From sequence record NC_061444.1: a stretch of DNA of 64,000 nucleotides; one strand, written 5' to 3'. A program made the position numbers and the translations under genes. Every line of letters begins with the position of its first letter. The first letter of the stretch is position 1. Below, piece by piece: positions 55,278 to 64,000 of this stretch. The notes beneath the pieces were generated by a model. It was not told where the DNA came from. It worked only from the letters and a program-made list of their open reading frames with translations, and searched no databases.

Positions 55278-56366
55278 TTATGCTCCTTGTCTCACGCTGT
55301 AGCGGTTGATGATTGGCGTGAACGCAGCGTTACCGCCACCATAGCCCCCTTGAACCATAACGTTAGTCGCTACAGGCTTCTGCACCGCATACGTGAACTG
55401 ATCCACCTGAGTACCGTTCAAGAACACAGTGTGCGTGTTGGTAGTTGCGTCATACACATATTTGATGTGGACAACACTACCAGACCAGAGCGCAGAGTAC
55501 GGAGAAATTGAGCGCGTGACTTTGGCAGGCGCGGTTCCACCGTTAGCGTTGTTCCAGATGAGCAGGCCACGTTCGTTAGAACGGTCGAAAGCAATGACCA
55601 TTCGGTTAGACGCAGTGCCGCCGATATTGAGCAGACACCATTCAGCGTAATCAGAGTTACCTGACTGGTGATAGTCACACTCGATTGTGAATGACTTGCT
55701 GCAATCAAAGGCAGTTGGCGTAGAAGTCGTGCAGACACCGTTAGTGCCAAGGTCGATGCCGCTACCATCAGCAGCAACTTTCAAAGCGCCTGACGTTGTG
55801 TATGCGTTGCCAATGTAATCGGTAAACGCGCCCGTGTTGAAGCTACCTGTGTCGAACGCTATCGTTTCGTTGCCAGCAAGCCATGTCACGCCAGCAGTCT
55901 CAGTCCAGAAGCTCGACAGGCTAATGTTGAACGCAAGAATGGTGATTTGCGTCTTATAGCCGTTCGGGTCATACTTGATATTCAAGTCAGGATAGAGCAG
56001 CGTAACGTCAGTGCCTACAGTCAGACACACAGGCAGAATGCCGCCGAGAATCAAATGGGTTGGCACACCTTCGGCTGTAGCAGTAAGCAGACAGTCAGAG
56101 ACAGCGATCTTAGTGCGGTCGATTGTGCGCACACAGTTGGTGCCTTTCGCAAGCACGGTACAAATGCCTGTAGATGCAGCGAGCGCCGCGTCGAATACAT
56201 AGCCTGCACCTGTCTGCGTCTGATAGTTCAGGCACTTGTTGATATCAGCTTCGGTAAAACCGGCATTCAACTTGACCAGATAGCAGGACTTATCGTCTGC
56301 TGTAGCCTGAGCGAACAAACGAGTCAACTGAGGTACAACAGAGTTTGCGAATAACTTATAGTTCAT
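55278..56366 (-). CDS. tail-associated protein with C-terminal LamG/ConA-like lectin domain
   Basis: GVPTH, LTVGTDV; SFTIEC...VHIKYVYD...VFLNG; start re-called. Confidence 0.65.
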   Translation of the reverse strand: MNYKLFANSVVPQLTRLFAQATADDKSCYLVKLNAGFTEADINKCLNYQTQTGAGYVFDAALAASTGICTVLAKGTNCVRTIDRTKIAVSDCLLTATAEGVPTHLILGGILPVCLTVGTDVTLLYPDLNIKYDPNGYKTQITILAFNISLSSFWTETAGVTWLAGNETIAFDTGSFNTGAFTDYIGNAYTTSGALKVAADGSGIDLGTNGVCTTSTPTAFDCSKSFTIECDYHQSGNSDYAEWCLLNIGGTASNRMVIAFDRSNERGLLIWNNANGGTAPAKVTRSISPYSALWSGSVVHIKYVYDATTNTHTVFLNGTQVDQFTYAVQKPVATNVMVQGGYGGGNAAFTPIINRYSVRQGA

Positions 56367-56367
56367 G

Positions 56368-57324
56368 TCATACCTCGGTAGATAGACGGAGCTGGGCGAC
56401 AGATGCGAACTCACCAGGACCGAGTGATGTGCTTAACAACTCGATAGGCTTGCCACTACCAATCGCACCAACTTCACATGCGAAGTAAGTAGGCACGTAG
56501 CTGCCGTTTGCCAGAGCACCGTAGTTCGTGTCTTGAATGACAACGATAGCACTCTTAATCGACTTGTACGCTGCGGTGCGACCTACATCCGATGCAGTCA
56601 CAGGCAGAACGCGACGAGTACCTGACGTCTGAATGAAACGATAACGGTTCGACTGAGGGATAGACGTGGCAATCACGTTACCTTCTTGGTTAGCAGCAAT
56701 CGACCAAGCGACAGCAGTACCAACTGTACCAGAGCCATCAATAGGAGCAATCGTGCCCGCTGCGGCGGTTGATATGTCACCCACATCAGACAGCACTGCG
56801 TCAATCGTAACAGCGAAGTCATACGTCAGGTCAGTAGTAGACAGATGAATGCCGGGCATCAGTGCATCGTGAGGCACACCTGCATAGTCCCATGGTCTGA
56901 ACCCAGCAGGACCAATGCCCCACAGAGCTTTGTTACCTGCATCGTTGCTGGTGTTGTACGCTGTCTGAATCTGAACAGCCGCAGCACCGTTGTAGCCTAC
57001 AGGACGCGCTTTCGAAGGATAGTGAATTGTAGCACCGTTCTTGATCTCGTACACATGACCAGAACGAGCTTTCCACCCTTCTTGCTGATCCATCAGAGGC
57101 AGCAGACCTTCTGTAGTGGGACGCAATACAAGGCGGGTAACAGCAACAGCGTTATCGTACAGGTTGCGCATGTCAAGCAGATGCTGGGAGAAGTTACCTT
57201 GATCGGCAATCTCCGTATCGAAGAAGAACACGTTAACAGTTTGACCGTTAGCCGCATTCGATGCCCAGCCAGTGCCTAAGTTAAGCACACTGAAAGGCAA
57301 TAGGTTGTGACCTAGGATGCGCAT
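56368..57324 (-). CDS. virion/tail-associated protein, long paralogue
   Basis: VNVFFFD, CEVGAIGSGKPIEL. Confidence 0.65.
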   Translation of the reverse strand: MRILGHNLLPFSVLNLGTGWASNAANGQTVNVFFFDTEIADQGNFSQHLLDMRNLYDNAVAVTRLVLRPTTEGLLPLMDQQEGWKARSGHVYEIKNGATIHYPSKARPVGYNGAAAVQIQTAYNTSNDAGNKALWGIGPAGFRPWDYAGVPHDALMPGIHLSTTDLTYDFAVTIDAVLSDVGDISTAAAGTIAPIDGSGTVGTAVAWSIAANQEGNVIATSIPQSNRYRFIQTSGTRRVLPVTASDVGRTAAYKSIKSAIVVIQDTNYGALANGSYVPTYFACEVGAIGSGKPIELLSTSLGPGEFASVAQLRLSTEV

Positions 57325-57821
57325 TAGAACTCCTTAGAATCTTTGACGACTGTAGCGAGGAATTTACCGTTGCGCAGATTCGCTGCGGACAGAATCAAGT
57401 CAGCACCAGAGCCAGCAGCACCGATAGTCAGAATCAGGAAGCCGCCGTAAGGTGTGCTTGCAATGTCCTTGTTAAACACAATAACATTGTATGCTGTCAG
57501 CAAGTCAGAGATAGTCCCGGCAAAAGTACCAGACAGAGTTGCGCTCAGTCGGAACTTATACTTGTTATCTTGACCGTGAATCCAGCGCACAGGGTTAACA
57601 GTAACAGAAGTCAGGTCGAGCACCGCAGTAGCACCGATAGCTGTTTGCACTGTAGTGCCGTCGGCAACAACAATGTTAGCAGGGTCAGGCACTTTAGCGA
57701 GGCAGATAGTCTTCTGCATATTCGAGAGGCCGTACTTCAACGGCGGATCAGAAGCAGGACGTTTACCTGCATCGGGGATCGTAATGCCGTTGGCGACCAG
57801 AGGGAATGAAACTATTTCCAT
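57324..57821 (-). CDS. virion/tail-associated protein, short paralogue
   Basis: LTIGAAGSGADLIL. Confidence 0.65.
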   Translation of the reverse strand: MEIVSFPLVANGITIPDAGKRPASDPPLKYGLSNMQKTICLAKVPDPANIVVADGTTVQTAIGATAVLDLTSVTVNPVRWIHGQDNKYKFRLSATLSGTFAGTISDLLTAYNVIVFNKDIASTPYGGFLILTIGAAGSGADLILSAANLRNGKFLATVVKDSKEF

Positions 57822-57845
57822 TTTAGATCTCCAGTTAACTCGCTA

Positions 57846-57858
57846 TAAATTACTGACA
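57846..57858 (-). promoter_or_regulatory. putative phage promoter, TAATTT class
   Basis: TGTCAGTAATTTA, identical to 31813-31825; 24 nt before ATG 57821. Confidence 0.6.
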
Positions 57859-57877
57859 ACAAAGGTTCGTGTAGGAC

Positions 57878-58930
57878 TTAACACCTAAAGGAGCGCTCAA
57901 TCGCCAGCGGTGTGTAGTCTCTCAATGCAGCTACAGGTTTCTCATTTGGCAGAATCGCTGAGGCTACATCAAAATCAATTCCCGCTTTAGCCACCAGCAC
58001 ATAGACTGGAGCGCCATAAGCAAACGCTATAGGCATTGCTCCCCATGTGATAAAGTATGCGGGAGTATCTTCATGAGTACCTTGTCCATAGTACACAAGA
58101 TTTTCATTCGCAGGGGCTGTCCCATAGGAACCGGGAGAGTATGATGTTGTATACGACCAACCTCCACCCGAAAAGTACGTCGTACCGTAAACAACAGATC
58201 TATACGGCTGAAATAGACGAGGTGCTCGCGCGAAAGAGTATGCACCATGGTTATAAGGTTGATTGGCTGTTATGCCTGGCAATGACTGAGATGCAGTAAC
58301 AAGGACTGCTGTATCTGCAACTCTGTCCATTGAGTTCACGCCTATATTTTGCAGATAGGACGTTGTGTTTCTTGACCAATAACCGATACCGCTGCCACCA
58401 CCGCCATAGATCGTCCCTGACTCTGAGAGCGTTGTATTTGCGTTGGCCGATGGTGTCGTATACAAAGACACACTGTAGCTGGTGTTATCAAACGACGGTA
58501 GTACCATATCAGAGTAGGCAGGCACTGTAGGATTGCTTGTGCCTAACGTATCAAGCAGACTACCAGACCCATTGAGTGCACCGCCACCTGTATCATCTTT
58601 TCCTATGGCATAGTATCGACAGAACAGGTTGAACGCAGTTGTGTTGCGACTTTGGTTGGTCTGATCGAATGTAGACTCCTTTCTCACATTCGGAACATAG
58701 TTGTAGAACAACTTATTACCAGACCAACCAGCTCCTCTGACACACAGCATATTCTTATCTGCATCAACTGAGGCACAGAAAGAGAGTGACGTGTTTATCT
58801 TGTCCCACATGTCAGAGAACGAAGACTTGTCAGTTGGTTTTGGTGTGCTATCAGAAAACAGAAACATGCGCTTTCTGGCTATCTCAACTTTCTTCTCCAA
58901 CAGCTGGGCACCGTTTGAAACAAAAAGCAT
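57878..58930 (-). CDS. virion/tail-associated protein
   Basis: MFLFSDSTPKP N-terminus shared with 61805; Ser/Thr/Gly/Tyr-rich. Confidence 0.65.
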   Translation of the reverse strand: MLFVSNGAQLLEKKVEIARKRMFLFSDSTPKPTDKSSFSDMWDKINTSLSFCASVDADKNMLCVRGAGWSGNKLFYNYVPNVRKESTFDQTNQSRNTTAFNLFCRYYAIGKDDTGGGALNGSGSLLDTLGTSNPTVPAYSDMVLPSFDNTSYSVSLYTTPSANANTTLSESGTIYGGGGSGIGYWSRNTTSYLQNIGVNSMDRVADTAVLVTASQSLPGITANQPYNHGAYSFARAPRLFQPYRSVVYGTTYFSGGGWSYTTSYSPGSYGTAPANENLVYYGQGTHEDTPAYFITWGAMPIAFAYGAPVYVLVAKAGIDFDVASAILPNEKPVAALRDYTPLAIERSFRC

Positions 58931-58939
58931 AATGCGTCC

Positions 58940-59977
58940 TTACATCAGATACAGCGTCTTAGAACCAAATGGCAGTTCAGATTCGATGTTCAGCACAGCA
59001 ACATCACCAGTGGCCGCGGGTGCGGTCTGTATAATGTCTTGGCCAATCTTGGCACGAAGCATATATCCTTGTCCGTTACATTTAAACATCATCATGCACG
59101 AAGACAAGGTTACGTCAGGTGTGTTTGATTTACCAGTCACAGCAACTCGCATGTTGAATGCGGCTGCGGCAGTTCGATCATATCCACCAATACCGTTCGA
59201 CACTGTAGGAACATCCCACGCAGTGTTTTGGTTGAGGCCGTTAGCGCTATATCGTTTACCTACAGGACGCACGAACACAATGTGGTCGGCTGCAACATTC
59301 TGTACAGGCATTGATTGCATAGGCGTAGCAGTAGGTGATATGTAGGCGTAAGCGTTCGTAGTAGTCTCTTGTCGTGTGCTCAGGTTAAGCGCAGCATTCA
59401 TAAAACCTGCTTCGTAGCCGCTGTACGTTCCCCAGAACGGGTCAGTGCTTATCGAATACTGAATACCAGCTTTGGAGCTGTACGTTTCAATAGTAGTAGA
59501 CTGTCTAATGCCGTTAGGGAAAACGAGCATTGACTGCGAAGGCCAGTAGTAGCCTGTTTCGCAAGTGTCTCTGCTTGGACCGTTCCAGCCGTTGAACACA
59601 GGGTTACCGTTCGACCACTGCTGGGATGTACCTACAGGTGAATCATATACACAGAAGTAACGCTCGGCCGTAGCTTTTGGCGTCTGCACAGTCGTGTAAC
59701 TGTTATGCGCAGCATTCACGCCAGAAATCAAGTTAGCACTACGCGCAGGGTAGAAGTAGTTATCTTTGATGCCACTCATAGGACTGAGCGTGATAGACTG
59801 AGCGTTTGTGTCTGAACTGTTTCCCCAAGCCCTTACATTTGGAATCTTAGCAAGGTAGTGGCTTTCGTCAAGATGCGCGTCGGACAAGTCTGTCTGATCG
59901 TCAAAGTACATGGCACGATGCAGTGCCAGCGTAGCGATGTTGTTTGCTTTCTTGTTGTGGTACGTTGCAAAGAGCAT
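58940..59977 (-). CDS. virion/tail-associated protein
   Basis: Start re-called (GGAGG SD); RAKIGQDI C-terminal motif like 57878. Confidence 0.65.
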   Translation of the reverse strand: MLFATYHNKKANNIATLALHRAMYFDDQTDLSDAHLDESHYLAKIPNVRAWGNSSDTNAQSITLSPMSGIKDNYFYPARSANLISGVNAAHNSYTTVQTPKATAERYFCVYDSPVGTSQQWSNGNPVFNGWNGPSRDTCETGYYWPSQSMLVFPNGIRQSTTIETYSSKAGIQYSISTDPFWGTYSGYEAGFMNAALNLSTRQETTTNAYAYISPTATPMQSMPVQNVAADHIVFVRPVGKRYSANGLNQNTAWDVPTVSNGIGGYDRTAAAAFNMRVAVTGKSNTPDVTLSSCMMMFKCNGQGYMLRAKIGQDIIQTAPAATGDVAVLNIESELPFGSKTLYLM

Positions 59978-60000
59978 CGTAACCTCCTTATAAATAGGTA

Positions 60001-60930
60001 TCACAGAGCAAACTGGTTACGAGCGTACAGGGAGAACTCTTTCACTGAGGTAACTGTAGCATTCATACCAGCCAGAGTGTTTCCGTGTGCGAAGTCTCCA
60101 TCGGCACTAGAAAGAACGACAGCGCGAAGTGTTGGCCCCTCGTCAACTACAAGCAAACCCTTAGTCAACTTGATTGCAGACTCAACGCCACCACTGAAAG
60201 CGAAATCACTGGACACAGCATTAGCATACGTTGACGTGTCGCTACGCGTTGGCGTCGTAATTCGGTTCTGACCGCTGATTAGAAACGAGGGTGACCACTT
60301 GAACGCAACAGTCGTGCCATTCGTATAGGTAGGTGCGAATATGTTTATACTGTTATTGTCGTTGTAGGCCCAAGATGCAATAGTGGAAGTGGCCTCCGTT
60401 GGACCAGAAGGAGTAAACTCTCGGTGCCAATGCGTCCATGCTGCCGCATACTGGAGACTCTGTTTAGAGGCTTGCGAGGTGAGTTTCGGGAATGTCATTG
60501 TCGTGTTAGTGAATGCGTAAGCACCAACATAAGCAGGACGTACCCATATAGGACCTTCACGTTCACCAGCAGCACCTTGAGGGAATGGTATAGAGTTCTC
60601 AAGGAAATCAATCTCCGTGCGAGGATTCAGGCCACGCCCCGGATGCAACATTGTCTGTATGAAACGCTTATCCGTAGTGAAGTCTGGGTCTTCGGACAGG
60701 AATGATATCCGCGCAAAGTGAACTCGTTGTGTGCCACCAGCAACGCCTGCCACAGCACCCATCATGCGGTGAGTAACAAGAGTGCTGCCTGACTGAGACT
60801 TCACAGTTGCGCGTGTGCTTCTTATCGTATCTTTGAGCGCTGCCATTGAAGCGAAGTTCAAAGGTGTGGCATCGTCGTAGAAATAGAGAAGTTTTCTTAG
60901 GTCTTGTTGTGCAGGGAATATGTATTGCAC
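60001..60930 (-). CDS. virion/tail-associated protein
   Basis: LLYFYDDATP N-terminus. Confidence 0.6.
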   Translation of the reverse strand: MQYIFPAQQDLRKLLYFYDDATPLNFASMAALKDTIRSTRATVKSQSGSTLVTHRMMGAVAGVAGGTQRVHFARISFLSEDPDFTTDKRFIQTMLHPGRGLNPRTEIDFLENSIPFPQGAAGEREGPIWVRPAYVGAYAFTNTTMTFPKLTSQASKQSLQYAAAWTHWHREFTPSGPTEATSTIASWAYNDNNSINIFAPTYTNGTTVAFKWSPSFLISGQNRITTPTRSDTSTYANAVSSDFAFSGGVESAIKLTKGLLVVDEGPTLRAVVLSSADGDFAHGNTLAGMNATVTSVKEFSLYARNQFAL

Positions 60931-60985
60931 TATCCATCTCCCAGAAGGTAAAAAGGCCCGTACCGTTAAGATACAGGCCAGAGGG

Positions 60986-61567
60986 CTACACCAACAGACG
61001 ACCTGCGATGGTGATCGCTACACCGTTAAGTGTTGTGTCAGCAGTGTCAGGCGCAACTACACGCAACTGGTCGCCAGCAACAAGAATGATCTCTTGATCC
61101 TGATACGCAGCAAGCGGTGTAAACACACCAGTCTTCGAGCCAGCACCAAACGTCACAGTACCAAGCTGAATAACTGCTTGGGTTGCTGAGTCGTATGCAC
61201 TGATCTTAAACGCAGCCGCAGCAGTAGCCGCAATGTCAGCGTTGGCCATAGAGCCGCCGAAGTTTTTGATGATTGCAGTTGTGCGGACAGACAGGTAGCG
61301 AGCGATCTCCTGACCACCTGCATAACGCTTGAGCACACTCATGCCTACATCATAGGGATTTACAGACTGCAACTGATTAACCCACTTGGCGCGTACTTGA
61401 CTGTAGACGTACAGGCCAGGCTGGTTAGCGCCAGCTACAGCGGTCAGGTTCCATACGCGACCGTTACTTGGGTTAGATGGAAAGGTAGGCCCCGATGAGT
61501 TTGGGTCTCCCGGTGCGCGTGTAATCTGCGACTGTTCGCCCGCCAGTTGAATACCAAAAGCGTACAT
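60986..61567 (-). CDS. tail fibre-associated protein
   Basis: FPSNPSNG..W motif plus C-terminal beta domain (AGDQLRVVAP). Confidence 0.6.
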   Translation of the reverse strand: MYAFGIQLAGEQSQITRAPGDPNSSGPTFPSNPSNGRVWNLTAVAGANQPGLYVYSQVRAKWVNQLQSVNPYDVGMSVLKRYAGGQEIARYLSVRTTAIIKNFGGSMANADIAATAAAAFKISAYDSATQAVIQLGTVTFGAGSKTGVFTPLAAYQDQEIILVAGDQLRVVAPDTADTTLNGVAITIAGRLLV

Positions 61568-61578
61568 TGTTTATCTCC

Positions 61579-61797
61579 TTAGGCGATTCGCGCTTCGCCC
61601 GTAACTGCATACGGGAAGACGATTTTTACCGTGTTGTTATCTACGATGATAACGTCAAGAGGTAGCACTTGATGGAGTTTACCATCAGGCATATTCACGC
61701 ACGTTGTCACAGCAACTGGACGCCCGAAGTTGTGTGTAATCGTCCATTCAGATGCTGGCGTTTCTTGCTTATAGCTACGCCCCATTGAATAGTTCAT
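61579..61797 (-). CDS. 72-aa HNLG-repeat protein
   Basis: WTITHNFG...NTVKIVF; start re-called. Confidence 0.65.
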   Translation of the reverse strand: MNYSMGRSYKQETPASEWTITHNFGRPVAVTTCVNMPDGKLHQVLPLDVIIVDNNTVKIVFPYAVTGEARIA

Positions 61798-61804
61798 AAG
61801 TTCC

Positions 61805-62710
61805 TCACATATCGAAGATGTATTGCGGCTGAATACTGAATGATAGAGCGGCCGTACCGTAACCATCAAGCACAGGCGTCACATGCGCTAAGTCACTCTC
61901 TGCAACCAATGCAATGAGCAACGTGCTTTTCTCATTGACGAAAGCAGCCATTCCCCACGTAGGAACTGCCACACCAGGAGTACCACCAGTGATTGGATGA
62001 TACAGGTTTGGTGTTCCCCAGTATATAGAGAAGAAACTTCCGCCTGAGTTGTTGAAGTTGATGTTCTTATACGTGACTGCGTATTGCAACCTGTTAGCTG
62101 GAACGCCGTTGGCGCCCATAACAATGTTACCGTTGCTTGACCATGCATACGAAGGACCAGCGACGTTAGTGAACGAATCCAACGTCTCAGGGTACACGAA
62201 GACACCCATATTGGTTGTATACATGTTGTTGCCTTGCTGGCTGTTAAGCTGTCCATTGGCAACAATATTCAGTGTGCGGTCTATACCATAAGCAGCTTTC
62301 GCTTGTGGTATGCTATCACCCGTCGGCACAGTAATCATACCGAGAGGATCACTCAGATTGAGAGCAAACTGACGTTCCATGTATCGGTAGCTCGGCACTG
62401 TAGGTTGGTTCACAGGAGCAAGTGTTCCTGTTACTGTACCGTTATTGCTGGAATACGTATGGCTAACCAGACGAGTATGTAACCAGCGGCGTGTACCATC
62501 AGCACTGACACCCGCTGCAGGGTTAAGCGGAATCTCTCCGTTTGTCGGATAGTCTCTGGCGCTCGTCACAGATTTTTCAGCACACAACTTAACGAACCCG
62601 TTCCATGTCAAAGTGCCCATGTCTGGCTTAGGCGTGGACGCTTCGAACAGGAACAGGCTTCGTTCTATCATATGCTTTTGAGCGGTACGTTTTGACGGCA
62701 CAAAAAGCAT
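61805..62710 (-). CDS. virion/tail-associated protein
   Basis: LFLFEASTPKP, VPTWG. Confidence 0.65.
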   Translation of the reverse strand: MLFVPSKRTAQKHMIERSLFLFEASTPKPDMGTLTWNGFVKLCAEKSVTSARDYPTNGEIPLNPAAGVSADGTRRWLHTRLVSHTYSSNNGTVTGTLAPVNQPTVPSYRYMERQFALNLSDPLGMITVPTGDSIPQAKAAYGIDRTLNIVANGQLNSQQGNNMYTTNMGVFVYPETLDSFTNVAGPSYAWSSNGNIVMGANGVPANRLQYAVTYKNINFNNSGGSFFSIYWGTPNLYHPITGGTPGVAVPTWGMAAFVNEKSTLLIALVAESDLAHVTPVLDGYGTAALSFSIQPQYIFDM

Positions 62711-62722
62711 ATGCCACCTACC

Positions 62723-63319
62723 TTAGTACAGAATGACAGTACCAGACTGCGCACTATCGAATGTGATGGTGAGCTGGCTGTTGCTGTCATGTACGATTGA
62801 CTTAGGTTGAACCTCTTCCGTACCTTGATAGATGCGCACCGCTGGGTGATAGCCGAGATTGTGAGTAACAACCCACACAGCTTCATCAGTGAATGATGTG
62901 GTGAACGCTACGGTAGGAGTAGGCAGACCGCTCTCGATACCAGACAGAAGCACAGCGGTACCGGCAACGGGTTCAGGGAACAGCACGATAGTCGTGTTTG
63001 CATCCTGAGCTTTGATGGAGGAAGGCTGAACCACTTCGCCGTTCTCGTCGTAGCACTGCACGATAGGCGTAGCAGTATTCATGTTGTGTGCGATTTCCCA
63101 GCGAGATGACGCAGATGCCTGAGCATAACGGTACATCGTCATTTGCTGCGTCAGTGGCACCCAGATAGGCAGAGTTTCGAACTCAACACAGAACATAAGA
63201 CGCTTGTCCATGAAGATTGCCATGCCGGGCTGCGGGTTCTCAGGCCAGTCAGTTACTTCTGCGAACTTAAAGTTCTTGATTGAGCCGAACGCTAAGTCTA
63301 AGCTCCCGATGACTTTCAT
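62723..63319 (-). CDS. tandem HNLG-repeat protein
   Basis: WEIAHNMN and WVVTHNLG units; start re-called. Confidence 0.7.
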   Translation of the reverse strand: MKVIGSLDLAFGSIKNFKFAEVTDWPENPQPGMAIFMDKRLMFCVEFETLPIWVPLTQQMTMYRYAQASASSRWEIAHNMNTATPIVQCYDENGEVVQPSSIKAQDANTTIVLFPEPVAGTAVLLSGIESGLPTPTVAFTTSFTDEAVWVVTHNLGYHPAVRIYQGTEEVQPKSIVHDSNSQLTITFDSAQSGTVILY

Positions 63320-63338
63320 AAATCTTCTCCTGAAAGGT

Positions 63339-63366
63339 AAAAAGGGCAGGCAGATGCCCACCCTTT
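63339..63366 (-). terminator. intrinsic terminator
   Basis: Minus-strand AAAGGGTGGGC-ATCT-GCCTGCCCTTTTT. Confidence 0.7.
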
Positions 63367-63387
63367 ATTTTATGCTACTGAGTCGAA

Positions 63388-64000
63388 TTACACTTCTGGT
63401 TCAACGTAGGCGTTAGTACCAGTCACGAAAGCAATTGCGACTTTCTTAGCAGTAGTCAGCTCAACGCGCAGGCTGTTTGCGTCGATGAACACGATCTCAT
63501 CAGGAATGATCTGATAGCCGGTGTCGTCAACAACAGTAACGGTACCGTACTTCACGCCAGCGTTGTGGGTGAAGGTGTGCGCTGTAGCAGCAACATCACC
63601 GCTAGCGGTTTTGTCGTACTGGTACAGTTTAGCAGCGGAGCCGCCTGCAGAAGCTGCGATGGTGTCAACAACGAACTTCTTGCTTACCGCAGAGTTGTCC
63701 GTGTAGTCTGCGCTATCACCGGTCAGAGTGATTTCCACAACAGAGCCACCAGTAGCGTCGATGAAGCCGCCGGCAGTTTTAACCGCAGCAACGTCAACAG
63801 CGATTTTGCTATTGGTAGTGTCCTGTTTCAGGCCATCACCCAGAGCAGCAGCAGCAATCTGAGTGTAGCCAACGCCACCATCAGCAATTGCCAGACCATC
63901 TACAGAACGGGCCAGAGTAGCGCCGTCCAGTTTAACGCGAGTAGAACCAGCGTTATCTTCCAGACCACCAGCAGCGTCCAGCTTCGCAGTCACAGCGTTA
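63388..64000 (-). CDS. tail fibre-like protein, C-terminal part (5' end outside window)
   Basis: Gly/Ala/Asp repeats (GDGL) and C-terminal HTFTHNAG unit; frame open to the window edge. Confidence 0.65.
   Translation of the reverse strand, partial: NAVTAKLDAAGGLEDNAGSTRVKLDGATLARSVDGLAIADGGVGYTQIAAAALGDGLKQDTTNSKIAVDVAAVKTAGGFIDATGGSVVEITLTGDSADYTDNSAVSKKFVVDTIAASAGGSAAKLYQYDKTASGDVAATAHTFTHNAGVKYGTVTVVDDTGYQIIPDEIVFIDANSLRVELTTAKKVAIAFVTGTNAYVEPEV

Noticed and set aside
48552-62710. Diversity-generating retroelement behind the tail paralogues
   Set aside because: No reverse transcriptase and no near-identical TR/VR nucleotide repeat pair seen; similarity is only at protein level
1-64000. 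tRNA, rRNA, CRISPR array, integrase or IS elements
   Set aside because: No cloverleaf or T-loop signatures, spacer-repeat arrays or transposase motifs were seen; a tRNAscan-SE run would be needed to be certain

Overview
Gene-dense, roughly 50% GC segment of a large tailed dsDNA phage genome. It looks like a jumbo myovirus; an enterobacterial host is a guess, not verified. Plus strand, 1-47081: DnaB-like helicase (5' truncated), intein-containing terminase large subunit, probable portal, 5'-3' exonuclease, macrodomain, a six-gene enzyme operon, Dam-like methylase, dCMP deaminase, thymidylate synthase, MazG-like protein, a ParB-like/C5-cytosine-transferase pair (second intein), ASCH, DUF4326, an HD hydrolase and many hypothetical genes. 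Minus strand, 47140-64000: a lysis cassette and about 16 paralogous virion/tail genes. Main candidate new system: a DNA cytosine carboxymethylation/hypermodification pathway. It combines a CmoA-type carboxy-SAM synthase, GT4 glycosyltransferase, DUF1611/DgcN-like protein, alanine-racemase-like PLP enzyme, stand-alone AsnB-type amide ligase and a degenerate glutamate-racemase-like protein (12229-17729). A distant C5 methyltransferase carries Arg in place of the motif-X Asn (32933-35062), and both loci lie behind the same TAATTT-type promoter-like motif. The predicted product, 5-carboxymethylcytosine extended with a D-amino acid and possibly a sugar or acyl group, is inference. Other highlights: a 52-aa stand-alone mimic of the NrdA redox tail, a frameshifted Toprim gene, two promoter motif classes and an SD-sequestering hairpin. 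No tRNA, rRNA or CRISPR array was recognised. All family calls come from motif recognition by eye; no searches were run.
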